Assembly (NCBI GenBank): GCA_037443035.1
Contig: JBBIPC010000032.1
Span: 1-25,622, forward strand
Length of the DNA stretch: 25,622 nt
Reading direction: 5' to 3'
DNA from: Chthonomonadales bacterium
Lineage (GTDB): Bacteria; Armatimonadota; Chthonomonadetes; Chthonomonadales; CAJBBX01
Made by a program: the position numbers and the translations under genes. Below, one piece after another: positions 1 through 9,680 of the stretch (position 1 is the first letter of the stretch; every line of letters starts with the position of its first letter). The notes beneath the pieces are model-generated. The model had not been told where the DNA came from, made no database searches, and worked only from the letters and a program-made list of their open reading frames with translations.

Positions 1-76
1 GGGTGTACCAGCGCGCGTGGTGCTTGCACCGTCGAGCGCGAGATCTCCACCGCACATTAGTCGAGGAGCCTACGCC

Positions 77-1378
77 ATGCCCAAGACAGTCATCATCGGT
101 GCGGGGAGCGGATTTGGCGCACGCCTCAGCGTGGACATACTGGCGCATCCCGAACTGCGCGAGGGCACCATTGCACTCGTAGATCTCGACACGGATCGGC
201 TCGAGCTCACGGCAGCGTATGTGCGGAAAGTCGTCGAGGCTCACGCGTGCGAGGTCCACGTTCATGCCACCACTGAACGCAGAGAGGTACTCGACGGAGC
301 GGATTTCGTCGTTATCGCCATTGCCGTGGGTGGGCCAGCGTACGCCGGTCCGCTGTATCACGCCGAGATCGCAATACCTGACCGGTACGGTGTGAGCCAG
401 CAGATAGGGGACACGGTTGGGCCGGGCGGCCTGTTTCGTGGGTGGAGGACTGCCCCGGTGATGGTGGAGATTCTCCGCGATGTCGAGCAGCAGTGTCCCT
501 CTGCGTTGGTGCTCAACTACACCAATCCCATGGCCATGCTGTGCTGGATCATGAATGAGGTCTCGCCGGTGAAGAAGGTCGGCCTCTGCCATAGTGTGCA
601 GGGGACCGCGGGGCAACTGGCTCGCTACATCGGCAAGCCATCTGCTGAGATGACGTACTGGGTGGCGGGCATCAACCACATGGCATGGTTCCTCGAACTT
701 CGCTGGAAGGGTCAGGACGCGTACCCGCTACTGCGCGAAGCCATGGAGAAGCCAGAAATCTACTCCCAGGATCGAGTCCGCTTCGAAATCCTTCGTCACT
801 TCGACTTCTTCGTGACGGAATCGTCTCCCCACATGTCCGAGTACGTTCCCTATTTCCGGAAGCGCCCGGAGACGTTGGCGCAGTTCGGTCTGCAATACCG
901 CGAACCGACCACGGATGCGAACTCAGGAAGGCGTTGGTCGGAGGACTCGCCCCTTCGCAAGCAGCTCGACGGTCGCGAGCCACTGGATATTCGCGGTTCG
1001 CACGAGTATGCATCCTTCATCGTCCGGTCGGTCTGGACCAACACACCAGGTCGCATCAATGGCAACGTGGCCAACGATGGTTGCATCGGCAACCTTCCCC
1101 AGGGATGCTGTGTCGAGGTCCCATGCCTTGTAGACGGTACAGGCGTGCGTCCCTGCACTGTGGGAGTCCTGCCGCCCCAGCTCGCGGCCCTCAATGTCTC
1201 CAACGTAGTTTCGCAGGGCCTGGCGGTAGAGGCGTTCCTCGAGCAAGATCGGCGCAAGGCCTTTCACGCGCTCATGGTAGACCCGCTGACCGCAGCCGTC
1301 TGCGTACCTTCTGAGATCCGGTCCATGTTCGATGAGCTGTGCAAGGTGGAAGCGGACTGGATCCCTTGGCTCGCCTAG
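77..1378 (+). CDS. melA: NAD+/Mn2+-dependent alpha-galactosidase/alpha-glucosidase, glycoside hydrolase family 4
   Basis: Rossmann motif IIGAGSGF at the N-terminus, GDTVGPGG, LNYTNPM, VGLCHSVQGT (metal Cys), AGINH and CVEVPCLVD are typical GH4 motifs. Start moved to ATG 77, which follows GAGGAG (63-68). Confidence 0.92.
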   Translation: MPKTVIIGAGSGFGARLSVDILAHPELREGTIALVDLDTDRLELTAAYVRKVVEAHACEVHVHATTERREVLDGADFVVIAIAVGGPAYAGPLYHAEIAIPDRYGVSQQIGDTVGPGGLFRGWRTAPVMVEILRDVEQQCPSALVLNYTNPMAMLCWIMNEVSPVKKVGLCHSVQGTAGQLARYIGKPSAEMTYWVAGINHMAWFLELRWKGQDAYPLLREAMEKPEIYSQDRVRFEILRHFDFFVTESSPHMSEYVPYFRKRPETLAQFGLQYREPTTDANSGRRWSEDSPLRKQLDGREPLDIRGSHEYASFIVRSVWTNTPGRINGNVANDGCIGNLPQGCCVEVPCLVDGTGVRPCTVGVLPPQLAALNVSNVVSQGLAVEAFLEQDRRKAFHALMVDPLTAAVCVPSEIRSMFDELCKVEADWIPWLA

Positions 1379-1383
1379 GACGT

Positions 1384-3126
1384 ATGCTTGGTGGTCGACC
1401 CATCACTACGGGCGTGCCCGGACTTCCCTGCCTGGTGAGCGTTGCAATCTACGCCGTTCTCCTGCTCTTGACTCTGACGGCGTCCGTCGCCCGGAACGAG
1501 GGTCATCTAACGTATGCCGTGGATGACACCTATATCCATATGGCCATGGCGAAGAACCTGGCGCTTCACGGCGTGTGGGGGGTAACCCGGTACGAGTACA
1601 CGGCGTCATCGTCCGGCCCTCTGTGGACACTCCTCGTCGCCGTGGTCTACCGGATCTGTGGCGTATCCGAAGCTGCTCCCTTGGCGCTGAATGCCATTCT
1701 CGGACTTGGTGTTCTTCTTGCGGCGGACCGACTGGCGCGGCGGCTTGGCGCGCCGGCATGGCGACGGCTTCTGGTGGGCGTCGGCATTGTGTACCTGGGA
1801 CCGCTCGTGTTCCTAGTCTGCATTGGCATGGAACATCTCCTTCATTCGCTGCTCGCGATCCTCTTCGTTACATACGTATTCGACCGGCTCACCTCGGAGC
1901 CAGCACGGTGCCCGGAACAACCTGGTGGGACTCGACGCGTCATCACGGCAGCGCTCCTTGGATTGGGATTGATGGCAACGCGTTATGAGTCCGTCGTCAT
2001 CATCGGCATTGCGTGTTTCATCCTGGCGGTGCTGCGGCACTATGTGGAGGCTGTCGGCACGATTCTGGGCGCTTTCGTACCCGTCGTCGCCATGGGCATT
2101 GCGAACAAACTGCACGGTTGGATGTTCCTGCCGGCTTCGGTCGCGCTCAAGGGCTTTGGCATGAAAGCGCCTATCACGCATGGAGTGGGCGGCCTTTGGC
2201 ACGCCCTTGTGTCCCACACGGCAGCACTCTCCCACTTCACGGTGCTCATTGTCGCCGCCATTCTCCTCGCTCTGGTCCTAGCAATCCGGCCCCCCGACGA
2301 TGCCGATAGGAATGGGTCCAATCCACGAGCTATTGTCTCAGGTTGGTTCGCCTTGGCTGCCATCGTCCACCTGAGCGCCATGTTCGGCGGCAACGAGGCG
2401 ATGGACCTCCGATATAGCGGCTACCTCGCCATCCTCGGCTGCAGTATTGTCGGTGGTTTGGATTGGCGTGATGCTGGTCTCCGAGTAGCGAAATGTCTTA
2501 CCGCCTACTGCCACCTGCCGCCGCGAACCGTCGTGCCCGTCGCGGCCATTGCCGGCGTCTGCTTTGTTCCGCTGGCTGCCATGCAGGTCGTTCCGGTTCT
2601 GCATGAAACACCGACTAGGACGGTGTTCTGCATGGACAATATCTACCGTCAACAGTATCAAACTGCTCGTCTCGTTCGGCACCTTCCGGCAGGAACGACC
2701 GTTTCCCTTGTCGATATCGGTGCCGTCTGCTTCTATGCCGACATCCGCTGTGTGGATCTGGTGGGTCTAGCCACTCGGGAGGTTGCGGAACAGCGGCTTC
2801 GCCGTCGCGGTCAGGGCCAGGGCTCGCTCGTGCCGCTGTATCGCGATCTCATCCGCCGGCGTGCGCCCAGGCTGATCGTCGCCCCGGCGTCGGCCCTAGA
2901 CGCAGCGGGCCCTGCATTACCACGTCTCTGGGAACCCCACGTGCCCTCCGTACTGCCGCAGGAGCTCGTGCCGCTAGGCATATGGTTCACCCCCAGGAAC
3001 ATCGTTTGCGCTGACGCCGCAGTAATCTTTCTGGCCCGGGACGCGAGCGATGCAGAGCTGCGTCGCACGTTCCAACAGGTGACTACATCGCTCCCGCGCG
3101 ATATGGTCACTCGTGTTTTCGAGTAG
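1384..3126 (+). CDS. Polytopic membrane protein, probable GT-C fold glycosyltransferase (AftB/PMT-like)
   Basis: First TM helix is followed by YAVDDTYIH..A.NL..G (DD motif in the first external loop), then SSGPLWTLL, GMEH, TRYES, about 10-12 hydrophobic segments and a soluble C-terminal domain with DIGAV..Y and VDLVGL. ATG 1384 lies 5 nt after the melA stop. Confidence 0.7.
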   Translation: MLGGRPITTGVPGLPCLVSVAIYAVLLLLTLTASVARNEGHLTYAVDDTYIHMAMAKNLALHGVWGVTRYEYTASSSGPLWTLLVAVVYRICGVSEAAPLALNAILGLGVLLAADRLARRLGAPAWRRLLVGVGIVYLGPLVFLVCIGMEHLLHSLLAILFVTYVFDRLTSEPARCPEQPGGTRRVITAALLGLGLMATRYESVVIIGIACFILAVLRHYVEAVGTILGAFVPVVAMGIANKLHGWMFLPASVALKGFGMKAPITHGVGGLWHALVSHTAALSHFTVLIVAAILLALVLAIRPPDDADRNGSNPRAIVSGWFALAAIVHLSAMFGGNEAMDLRYSGYLAILGCSIVGGLDWRDAGLRVAKCLTAYCHLPPRTVVPVAAIAGVCFVPLAAMQVVPVLHETPTRTVFCMDNIYRQQYQTARLVRHLPAGTTVSLVDIGAVCFYADIRCVDLVGLATREVAEQRLRRRGQGQGSLVPLYRDLIRRRAPRLIVAPASALDAAGPALPRLWEPHVPSVLPQELVPLGIWFTPRNIVCADAAVIFLARDASDAELRRTFQQVTTSLPRDMVTRVFE

Positions 3127-3144
3127 CGCGCTGGACCTTCGAGT

Positions 3145-4518
3145 CTATCTGGTTGCGAACGTCTGGATGTTGGCCTTGCGCTGAAACTCCACGAACTCAC
3201 GGTCCAACCGCAGTTTGTTCTTCGCAATGCCTTTGGCTAGGCGCGCGAATATCCTTGCCGTGTCCTTGACATCGTCGTATGACCGAGTTACGGCTGGTTT
3301 CCGTTCCAGACAACGCACGATCCACCACACATTTCCGATCCTCACCGGACCGGCCTGCTCGCCTTCATCTAGCTGCCTGGCCACACTGTCCAGACCCGTC
3401 ACCATGTTCGTGAACGACCGCCCTATGTAGTAAGGTTCGAGTAGGCCCCCGTGTACTGCGCTGTCGTGGATACTATAGCGCGCGGCTACCGCGCCGAACG
3501 GTTGCCCAGCCTGCAGGGCCGCAAGCGCACCACGGATCTGCGATTCGGACGGAGAGGCAACAACCGCCAGGCGGACGCGCGGAGGTGTGTAGAACAGTGC
3601 GCGCATGTTACGGGGGTCCACATTCCGCCGGTAGAACGCGCGCACCTCGTCGTCGGTCACTTCGACGCCCTGGCACAGCAAGTTGATCTCACCCAGGACG
3701 CGCTTCAGCGAACCGCGGTAGCCCCATTCGGTTACCCCAACATCCGCAAGCACGGCGTGGAACTCGGGGCTCTTGGCCTCCAGACGGTACCTCTGCTCCA
3801 CCTGTTCCTTCGTCGCTTCTGCACCATGCGCACGGATGAACTGGGCACGAAGCTCCCGGTCTACCAACTGCTTGAGTGTAGCCTGGCCATACCGTTCCAC
3901 AAGCTCATCGTAGAACTCGTCCCGTCGTATGACGACGCCATTCACGGCGACCATCGTTCCCGTGAGGTATCGCCTATGACGAGCCCTCATCAAGAGAGCG
4001 CCTGCCAACCCTGAAATCGCCATCAACAGAACTACAGCCAGTATGGCGAGCCGACTCGACCGAAGGATCTCCATGAGTCGCGCAGGCGTGCCAAACAGCA
4101 GGGTGCGTCGCACTGCCTCTCTCGTGCCAGCGATTCGACTGGTTATTGCAGCGTTTGCACGCTCTCGAGCTTCTAGTGCTGCCAGGCGTGCAGCGGCCTT
4201 TTCCTCGCGCCTAATACGCGCCCGCTCGGACCGCGCCAATCGCCACTCCTCTAACGCCTGGAGCCACGTCTGGCTGTGAGCTGCTACGTGTTCTTCTCGG
4301 CGACGCCTAGCGCGCTCTTCCCGTTCGAGGCGCCGATCCGTCCACCATTGGCTGAACCACCAGAAGACCGGCTTCGGATCCTTCTTGGGCGATGCCCCCT
4401 TGGTCCCGAGTTGGCCAGATGCCTCTAGCCACTGCTCCCATCTCTCCGTCACGTCAGATGGTGGCAAGTCCGGTCGTGGCGGCTTGCCCTCTTGTGGGTC
4501 CTCCTTGTCTTCTGCCAT
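3145..4518 (-). CDS. PrsA/SurA-like foldase (SurA N-domain plus parvulin-type PPIase domain) with a long N-terminal extension and one TM anchor
   Basis: VAVNGVVI.RDEF..EL...YG...L.QLVD (PrsA N-domain), VEVTDDEVRAFY, G.PF.AVAARYS....A..GG.L (parvulin) and SYDDVKD. GGAGGT lies upstream, overlapping the previous stop. Confidence 0.8.
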   Translation of the reverse strand: MAEDKEDPQEGKPPRPDLPPSDVTERWEQWLEASGQLGTKGASPKKDPKPVFWWFSQWWTDRRLEREERARRRREEHVAAHSQTWLQALEEWRLARSERARIRREEKAAARLAALEARERANAAITSRIAGTREAVRRTLLFGTPARLMEILRSSRLAILAVVLLMAISGLAGALLMRARHRRYLTGTMVAVNGVVIRRDEFYDELVERYGQATLKQLVDRELRAQFIRAHGAEATKEQVEQRYRLEAKSPEFHAVLADVGVTEWGYRGSLKRVLGEINLLCQGVEVTDDEVRAFYRRNVDPRNMRALFYTPPRVRLAVVASPSESQIRGALAALQAGQPFGAVAARYSIHDSAVHGGLLEPYYIGRSFTNMVTGLDSVARQLDEGEQAGPVRIGNVWWIVRCLERKPAVTRSYDDVKDTARIFARLAKGIAKNKLRLDREFVEFQRKANIQTFATR

Positions 4519-4527
4519 CTCTGCTGA

Positions 4528-5709
4528 TCACCTCCGCTCCGTCGTGACAACATCCATAGCGGTCTGCAGCCGTGCGACGTCATGATTGGATGTGAAGTGC
4601 GCGGCAGAAACGCGCACGGCGTTCCATCGTGGCACATGACGGACCACGATGTTGAAGTCGGTGCGCAATCGAGCGCATAGGTCGCCGGCGTCCCATCCGG
4701 CTACGCTGAAGCTGACGAGTCCGGCATGGCCATCCTCTGGCGTCAGAACGGTCACCGGCGCCACCATCTGTAGTGCTCTTCTCAGCTTGTGTGCCATGGC
4801 GGCTATGTGGCGATACACCGCATCTTGCCCGGTGTTCTTCAGCCACAATATGCTTTCCTTCCAGCCGGCTGCCAACGCCCACGACCGCGTTCCGTATTCG
4901 AAACGCTGGCCCGTGGGCCACGGGACGGCTTCAGTGGTGTCAAACGATGCATGCTGCAAGGAGCCTGCCCCCACGTGTCGAGGGACCAGCCGGATCAAGC
5001 GATCGGGGGAGGCGTAAAGAAAGCCCGTACCCTTCGGTCCGTGGAGCCACTTGTGGCCGTTACCTGCCAGGAAGTCACAACCGATAGAAGGGGCATGCAC
5101 CGGCACAGCACCCAGCGACTGGGCAATGTCGACCAGGGAATAGGTCTGCCTCTCGGCAGCCCACCGGCAGATCGCAGCGACCGGCAGGAGCGTGCCAGTC
5201 TCGCAGGTTACGTGGCTGATGGCGACAAGCCTGACGCGGTGGGACCATTGCGAATCCAGTCGGCGTAGCATCCCGGGCTCATCCGGGGAACAGGACACGC
5301 GGCGTATGACGACCTCTCGGCTTGCCTGGAGGTACAGCAGCGGATGGAGGATGGCCTCATGTTCCTCGTCGGAAGTGAGAATGACATCGCCTTCGTCCCA
5401 TTCCAGACCGGAGAGGACCAAGTTGATCCCATCCGTGGCGTTGCGCGTGAAGGCAATCCCCTCCGGCTGCCCACCGATCATCTCGGCCAACATACCGCGT
5501 ACCGTTTCTGCATCGTCGGAAAACGGGTACTCGGCCGCTACACCATCCCTCTCGAGCTGTGCCGTGGCACGCAGCAGCGACTGCAGGGCCGGCTCCGGCA
5601 TGGGACCATAAGTGCCAGTATTCAGGTAGCAGACCCTGTTCAGGACCGGGAAAGCAGCACGTACGTCGGCCAGGCGGTCCGCCGCCAGTGGCTTCGGTCG
5701 CACCATCAT
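4528..5709 (-). CDS. Class V PLP-dependent aminotransferase (cysteine/cystine lyase or isopenicillin-N-epimerase-like)
   Basis: YLNTGTYGP, FTRNATDGIN, DEEH, SHVTCETG, VDIAQS, GNGHKWLHGPKGTG (PLP lysine), RFEYGT and VRVS. Strong RBS GGAGGAG upstream. Confidence 0.9.
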   Translation of the reverse strand: MMVRPKPLAADRLADVRAAFPVLNRVCYLNTGTYGPMPEPALQSLLRATAQLERDGVAAEYPFSDDAETVRGMLAEMIGGQPEGIAFTRNATDGINLVLSGLEWDEGDVILTSDEEHEAILHPLLYLQASREVVIRRVSCSPDEPGMLRRLDSQWSHRVRLVAISHVTCETGTLLPVAAICRWAAERQTYSLVDIAQSLGAVPVHAPSIGCDFLAGNGHKWLHGPKGTGFLYASPDRLIRLVPRHVGAGSLQHASFDTTEAVPWPTGQRFEYGTRSWALAAGWKESILWLKNTGQDAVYRHIAAMAHKLRRALQMVAPVTVLTPEDGHAGLVSFSVAGWDAGDLCARLRTDFNIVVRHVPRWNAVRVSAAHFTSNHDVARLQTAMDVVTTERR

Positions 5710-5789
5710 CGCTCACTCCTCCCCATAGCAGCGGCAGGCGCGCGAACACGGTTCGGCCGACTCCGCATTGGCAACCGGCCCAGCTGGGT

Positions 5790-8700
5790 TCACCGACCTT
5801 CTATCCAGTCCACCGCAAACGATACGCCGCTCGCATTGATAGGATCCAACCGAATGGCTGTGATCGTCTGGCCTTTCCACCGCTCATGCTGCCCAACGGG
5901 CAGTTCGATCTCGTGCCACTGACCGTCTCCGCGCACAGGAAAGTTGAACACCTTGTCCTCCGCGAACGAGGGTTCGGACGCCGTTGTCCAGTAGAACTGG
6001 CCTCCGCCGTCTCGGTCGGAACGCAACCGTACGATGACTCGTTGCACAGTCTGGCCGTCGAACCTGCAGTTGGCACGCACCACATATGGGTCCGGTCCGC
6101 TGCTCGTGCCCTGAAGCGTGCCGTCACGAACCACGAGGCCAGCAACGTCATGTTCGGGCGTCCAGCCCTCATCGTCGTCGTCGAATGTGAAGCGGAGATG
6201 GGTGGCGAGGCGAGGTATCAGCACCGTGGCAGCCGGCTCGATTCCTGTGATCCGAATCTGGGACGGGGCATCCGATGGTAGGCGAATGACCAGTCCATGC
6301 ACCGCGGCATCATACCGCCAGCATGCTCGGTCGGTGTACAGGTCCTGCGCCACCTCCGGTACTGGCGCAGCCCCGATCTGTACACGCTTCGGACGGCTGA
6401 CGCCCAGCACGGCGACACTGCCCCTCATCCCCTTCGGGTGGCGCACGACGAAACTCAGAGCGTCGCTTTTCCAGCCCGCGCCCGTCACTGAACCAAGCGT
6501 GGTGACTCGAGCGACAGCGCCACCAGGACCAGCCACCCGAACGGTCTCGGGCTCCTCCGAGCGCCCCAGATAGGCATAGACGTTCTTGAGGATGAGCCTG
6601 GGTGCGAAGTCCCATGCGGCGCGCACGTCAGTGATCGTGTGATAGGAGTCCGGCCACAGGGTCAGGATCTCCTTCTTGTTGGACTGCTGGTACATGGCGC
6701 AGCGGGTGATGCCAATCGCGATGTCCCGCCAGGACAGTCCCCCGAAGCTCGTCTCCGGGTCGTATGCGTGGAGCTTGAGAATCGCGCCGGCGTACCGTAA
6801 GCCGTTCCACTGGACGATGTTGCCAAACCAGCTACCCCGCATCTGTGAGGCGCCGAAGACTGGAATAGACCCCCAGCGCATCCAGAGCTTGCCTGGAGCG
6901 TTCCAGACGTAGACGAAGGGTAGGCCCGTCATGGCCCAGCGCTTGGCATCGGCAAGCCATTCCCGGTTGCCACTGACGCGGTAGGCTTCCAGATACGCCT
7001 CCACCGCATCCGCGGACGCCAAGATGTCTGGGGTGTGTACCGGCACCTCCCACACTTGGGCCGCGCGTGGCACACGGAAGGCGCGCATACGCCGCAGAGA
7101 GCGCACACCAGCCTCCCAAAGTCGCTGGTCGCCAGTGATACGAGCCATGCGCAAGAGAAGATAAGCGTTGCGAGCAACAAGCCCGATCTCCACCTCTCCC
7201 GGTTTGCCGAGTTCATGATAGTCGTAGCCGCGGAAGACCCCTTCATCGCGCCTATCTGCGTCGAACGCGTAGGAGCCGTCGGCAGCCTGCTGGCCCATCA
7301 GAGAGGCCATGCTCCATGCGTGTCCGCGGATCGTGCTCAGGGGGTCTCCTTCCGCGAAGGAGAGCTCATCCTGGGTCATCGGCGTTGTGTGTTGACGAAC
7401 GAGGTCAAGGCGGGATCGCCACTCGGCGGCTTGCGGCTTGGCGGGCAAGATGCGCGTCGCTTCGAGGAGATCGTACGCGTAAGAGGGATCGAAGCTTGGC
7501 TTGCGCCAGATCGCTGGCCCATTCAGGTAGGGGAGCCACCCCCGACCCTCTTTGTCCCACAGAGTCTCCATGTAGGCACGCATGCTCCATGCGATCTGAG
7601 CATTATCGCTACCTTGTGGGGCACGAGCTGGCTTGGAAGGTGTGTAGAAGCGGAACCATCGCACAATGCCCGCCAGCGCGCCTGGTGTGATCGGCGATCT
7701 GTCCGACGGTGTGACGGCGAGTACTCCGCTGAGCGTCAGCGTCTGTCCTGCAGCCAGATCCATGGCGTATTGGTGGGAAGTTACGACGCCGTTCTCCGGC
7801 CAGCCATGGGCCGCACTCGGCGCAATCAGTCCCATGAGATGGCCGGCACGTCCCTCGATGCGGTCGGGCGATGCGAACACCGGCTGAGGTCTGTCGTGGG
7901 TGCCGTCCCACTTCGCATAGGCATCCCAGTACAGCGCTGTCGTCGCAGTGGGCGTCTGGACGGCCATGGCCGGGATCGTGACCTTGTTCGGATGCGGCGC
8001 GAAGCGAGGCCGGTCCGGATGCGATGCTATGATATCGAGATCGCTACTGCTTACCTCGTCTCCAGTTAGCCATTCCAAGCCTGGGAAGATGCCTTCGATC
8101 TTTCGTTCGCCGTCGGCGCCCTCACCCACGAGCAGGGTTGGTCCTTCGAAGGCCACGACCTTTCGCGATGCGCTGCACTGGACGGACGTCTGGACGCGGA
8201 TGGCATCCGCCGAGAGAGGGCGAAGCTCAGCGCGGAACGTCCAGCGTCCACCTGCTCGGTCGACTTGGGTCGTCACCAGCTTCACCGCTCCTGTCGCCAC
8301 TCTAGGCAGAGCATAGCGTGCTGTCAGAAGCTGCGTACCACCCGACGGCAGACGAACGGTAACGCGCCCCAGGTGCGGCATGACGCCTACTAGGGCAGCC
8401 GTCTTGCCCTGCACGCGCATGAGATGTGCCACTGTGCGATCTGTTCCAGAACGGATCGTGACAGGTCCCACGGAGAGCGATCTCGGAGAGACGACCGCAT
8501 CCGTAATACTTACACGGACTGGCCATGATTGCTCCGGTTGCCCGGCGGGCAGCCCCTGCAGAACGCACCGGTACTGCTTCACATCTCCGGGTCTGCCCGT
8601 CGCCGAGACATGGAAGGTCACGCTGGAGCGTCCGCCCGGCGGGATAGCAGCAAGCCGGGCAGTGCGCCGCATTGCCCCCGTGCTCTCCTTCAAACCAACG

Positions 8701-9680
8701 CTGTAGCCTGTGGCCAAGGCGGTACCTCGGTTCCACACGGTCGCCGTTATCTTGACAGGCCCGCCTGGTCGTGCCAGTCCCGGCGAGGCTAGCGCCATGA
8801 GCAGTTCTGCTCGAGGCACAAGCCGGGCGACCGCCGTCTCGCGTGATGTGCCTTCGTCAGCATGAATGCGAATGGCACAGGTTGACAACCGTCCCCTTAC
8901 GCGCCATCGGAGCGTTGTGGCGCCACCTGGGGGCAACGGTCCTGCCGCTGCGGGTCCATCGGCAGTGAGACCTTGCGGCATTTCCAGAGTGACACCGATG
9001 GTGCCGGACGGCGCGCTCCCCACATTGGAGACGCAGGCCTGCAACGTTCCGGCACGGTCCGACGCCGCATCATCCGGGTAGAAGTGCACTTTCTCAATTT
9101 GGAGAATGGCCATCTCGCCTGCGAGCAGCTCGAAGTCGTCAACCAGAAGATCTGCAGCTCCGCCCACAATGCGGATGCCAATATGCACCCACTTCACGGC
9201 AGGTGCACCCGAGTAATCGTACGCGAGTTTGGTCTCGTGCCATTGGCCGTCGCCTGCCGCATCGTTGGGGAGGAACCGCTGCGTGCGCGGCTCACCTGTG
9301 TTCTCGATCCCGGGCTCCCCCATCGGGATTACCACCACCGACATGCTGGCATCCGTTGCGGCCGAGAGCACGCGGTAGTAGACCCGCACAACTCCCTTTC
9401 GCACATCCAGCATCGCCCCCAAGGTGCCGGGACGCCACCCGCGATTGAGGCCGGTCTCAGGCGGCATGGGCGTCTTGCGAGAACGTTGAATGCGCAGCGA
9501 GTAACGGCCTGTATGCGCCTCCGGGGAAACAACTACGCCGTCACCGACAGGACTCCAGTCCACAGGGAAGTAGTTGCTATCGAGCTGCTCGAATCCGCCG
9601 TTCGTGAGGATGTGCGTCTGCGCAAGTGACCCTGACCACATGCTCAGGCATACGAGCACCCATAGATAACGAAAACGCAT
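5790..9680 (-). CDS. Large secreted multidomain protein: CBM4/9-like domain, CARDB/Ig-like domains, probable (alpha/alpha) toroid catalytic domain and C-terminal CBM-like jelly roll
   Basis: Start reassigned to ATG 9680 (GGGAGG upstream), giving signal peptide MRFRYLWVLVCLSMWSGSLA-Q. Also LTNGGFE, V.NVGSAPS and VWNRGTALA (CARDB-like), helical repeats LLRMARITGDQRLWEAG and YLEAYRVSGNREWLADA, and C-terminal W.G.TITAIRLDP. Confidence 0.75.
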   Translation of the reverse strand: MRFRYLWVLVCLSMWSGSLAQTHILTNGGFEQLDSNYFPVDWSPVGDGVVVSPEAHTGRYSLRIQRSRKTPMPPETGLNRGWRPGTLGAMLDVRKGVVRVYYRVLSAATDASMSVVVIPMGEPGIENTGEPRTQRFLPNDAAGDGQWHETKLAYDYSGAPAVKWVHIGIRIVGGAADLLVDDFELLAGEMAILQIEKVHFYPDDAASDRAGTLQACVSNVGSAPSGTIGVTLEMPQGLTADGPAAAGPLPPGGATTLRWRVRGRLSTCAIRIHADEGTSRETAVARLVPRAELLMALASPGLARPGGPVKITATVWNRGTALATGYSVGLKESTGAMRRTARLAAIPPGGRSSVTFHVSATGRPGDVKQYRCVLQGLPAGQPEQSWPVRVSITDAVVSPRSLSVGPVTIRSGTDRTVAHLMRVQGKTAALVGVMPHLGRVTVRLPSGGTQLLTARYALPRVATGAVKLVTTQVDRAGGRWTFRAELRPLSADAIRVQTSVQCSASRKVVAFEGPTLLVGEGADGERKIEGIFPGLEWLTGDEVSSSDLDIIASHPDRPRFAPHPNKVTIPAMAVQTPTATTALYWDAYAKWDGTHDRPQPVFASPDRIEGRAGHLMGLIAPSAAHGWPENGVVTSHQYAMDLAAGQTLTLSGVLAVTPSDRSPITPGALAGIVRWFRFYTPSKPARAPQGSDNAQIAWSMRAYMETLWDKEGRGWLPYLNGPAIWRKPSFDPSYAYDLLEATRILPAKPQAAEWRSRLDLVRQHTTPMTQDELSFAEGDPLSTIRGHAWSMASLMGQQAADGSYAFDADRRDEGVFRGYDYHELGKPGEVEIGLVARNAYLLLRMARITGDQRLWEAGVRSLRRMRAFRVPRAAQVWEVPVHTPDILASADAVEAYLEAYRVSGNREWLADAKRWAMTGLPFVYVWNAPGKLWMRWGSIPVFGASQMRGSWFGNIVQWNGLRYAGAILKLHAYDPETSFGGLSWRDIAIGITRCAMYQQSNKKEILTLWPDSYHTITDVRAAWDFAPRLILKNVYAYLGRSEEPETVRVAGPGGAVARVTTLGSVTGAGWKSDALSFVVRHPKGMRGSVAVLGVSRPKRVQIGAAPVPEVAQDLYTDRACWRYDAAVHGLVIRLPSDAPSQIRITGIEPAATVLIPRLATHLRFTFDDDDEGWTPEHDVAGLVVRDGTLQGTSSGPDPYVVRANCRFDGQTVQRVIVRLRSDRDGGGQFYWTTASEPSFAEDKVFNFPVRGDGQWHEIELPVGQHERWKGQTITAIRLDPINASGVSFAVDWIEGR

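Noticed and set aside
19..30. GGTGC-TT-GCACC palindrome and similar GTGCA/TGCAC words at 9741, 22555 and 25513 as a shared regulon motif
   Set aside because: Spacing and orientation differ between sites, and such short GC-rich words are expected by chance.
7035..8069. Long antisense or alternative-frame ORFs (also 16941-17906, 18567-19493, 22642-23598, 23692-24681)
   Set aside because: They lie wholly within well-supported genes and have no recognisable motifs. Such shadow ORFs are expected in high-GC DNA.
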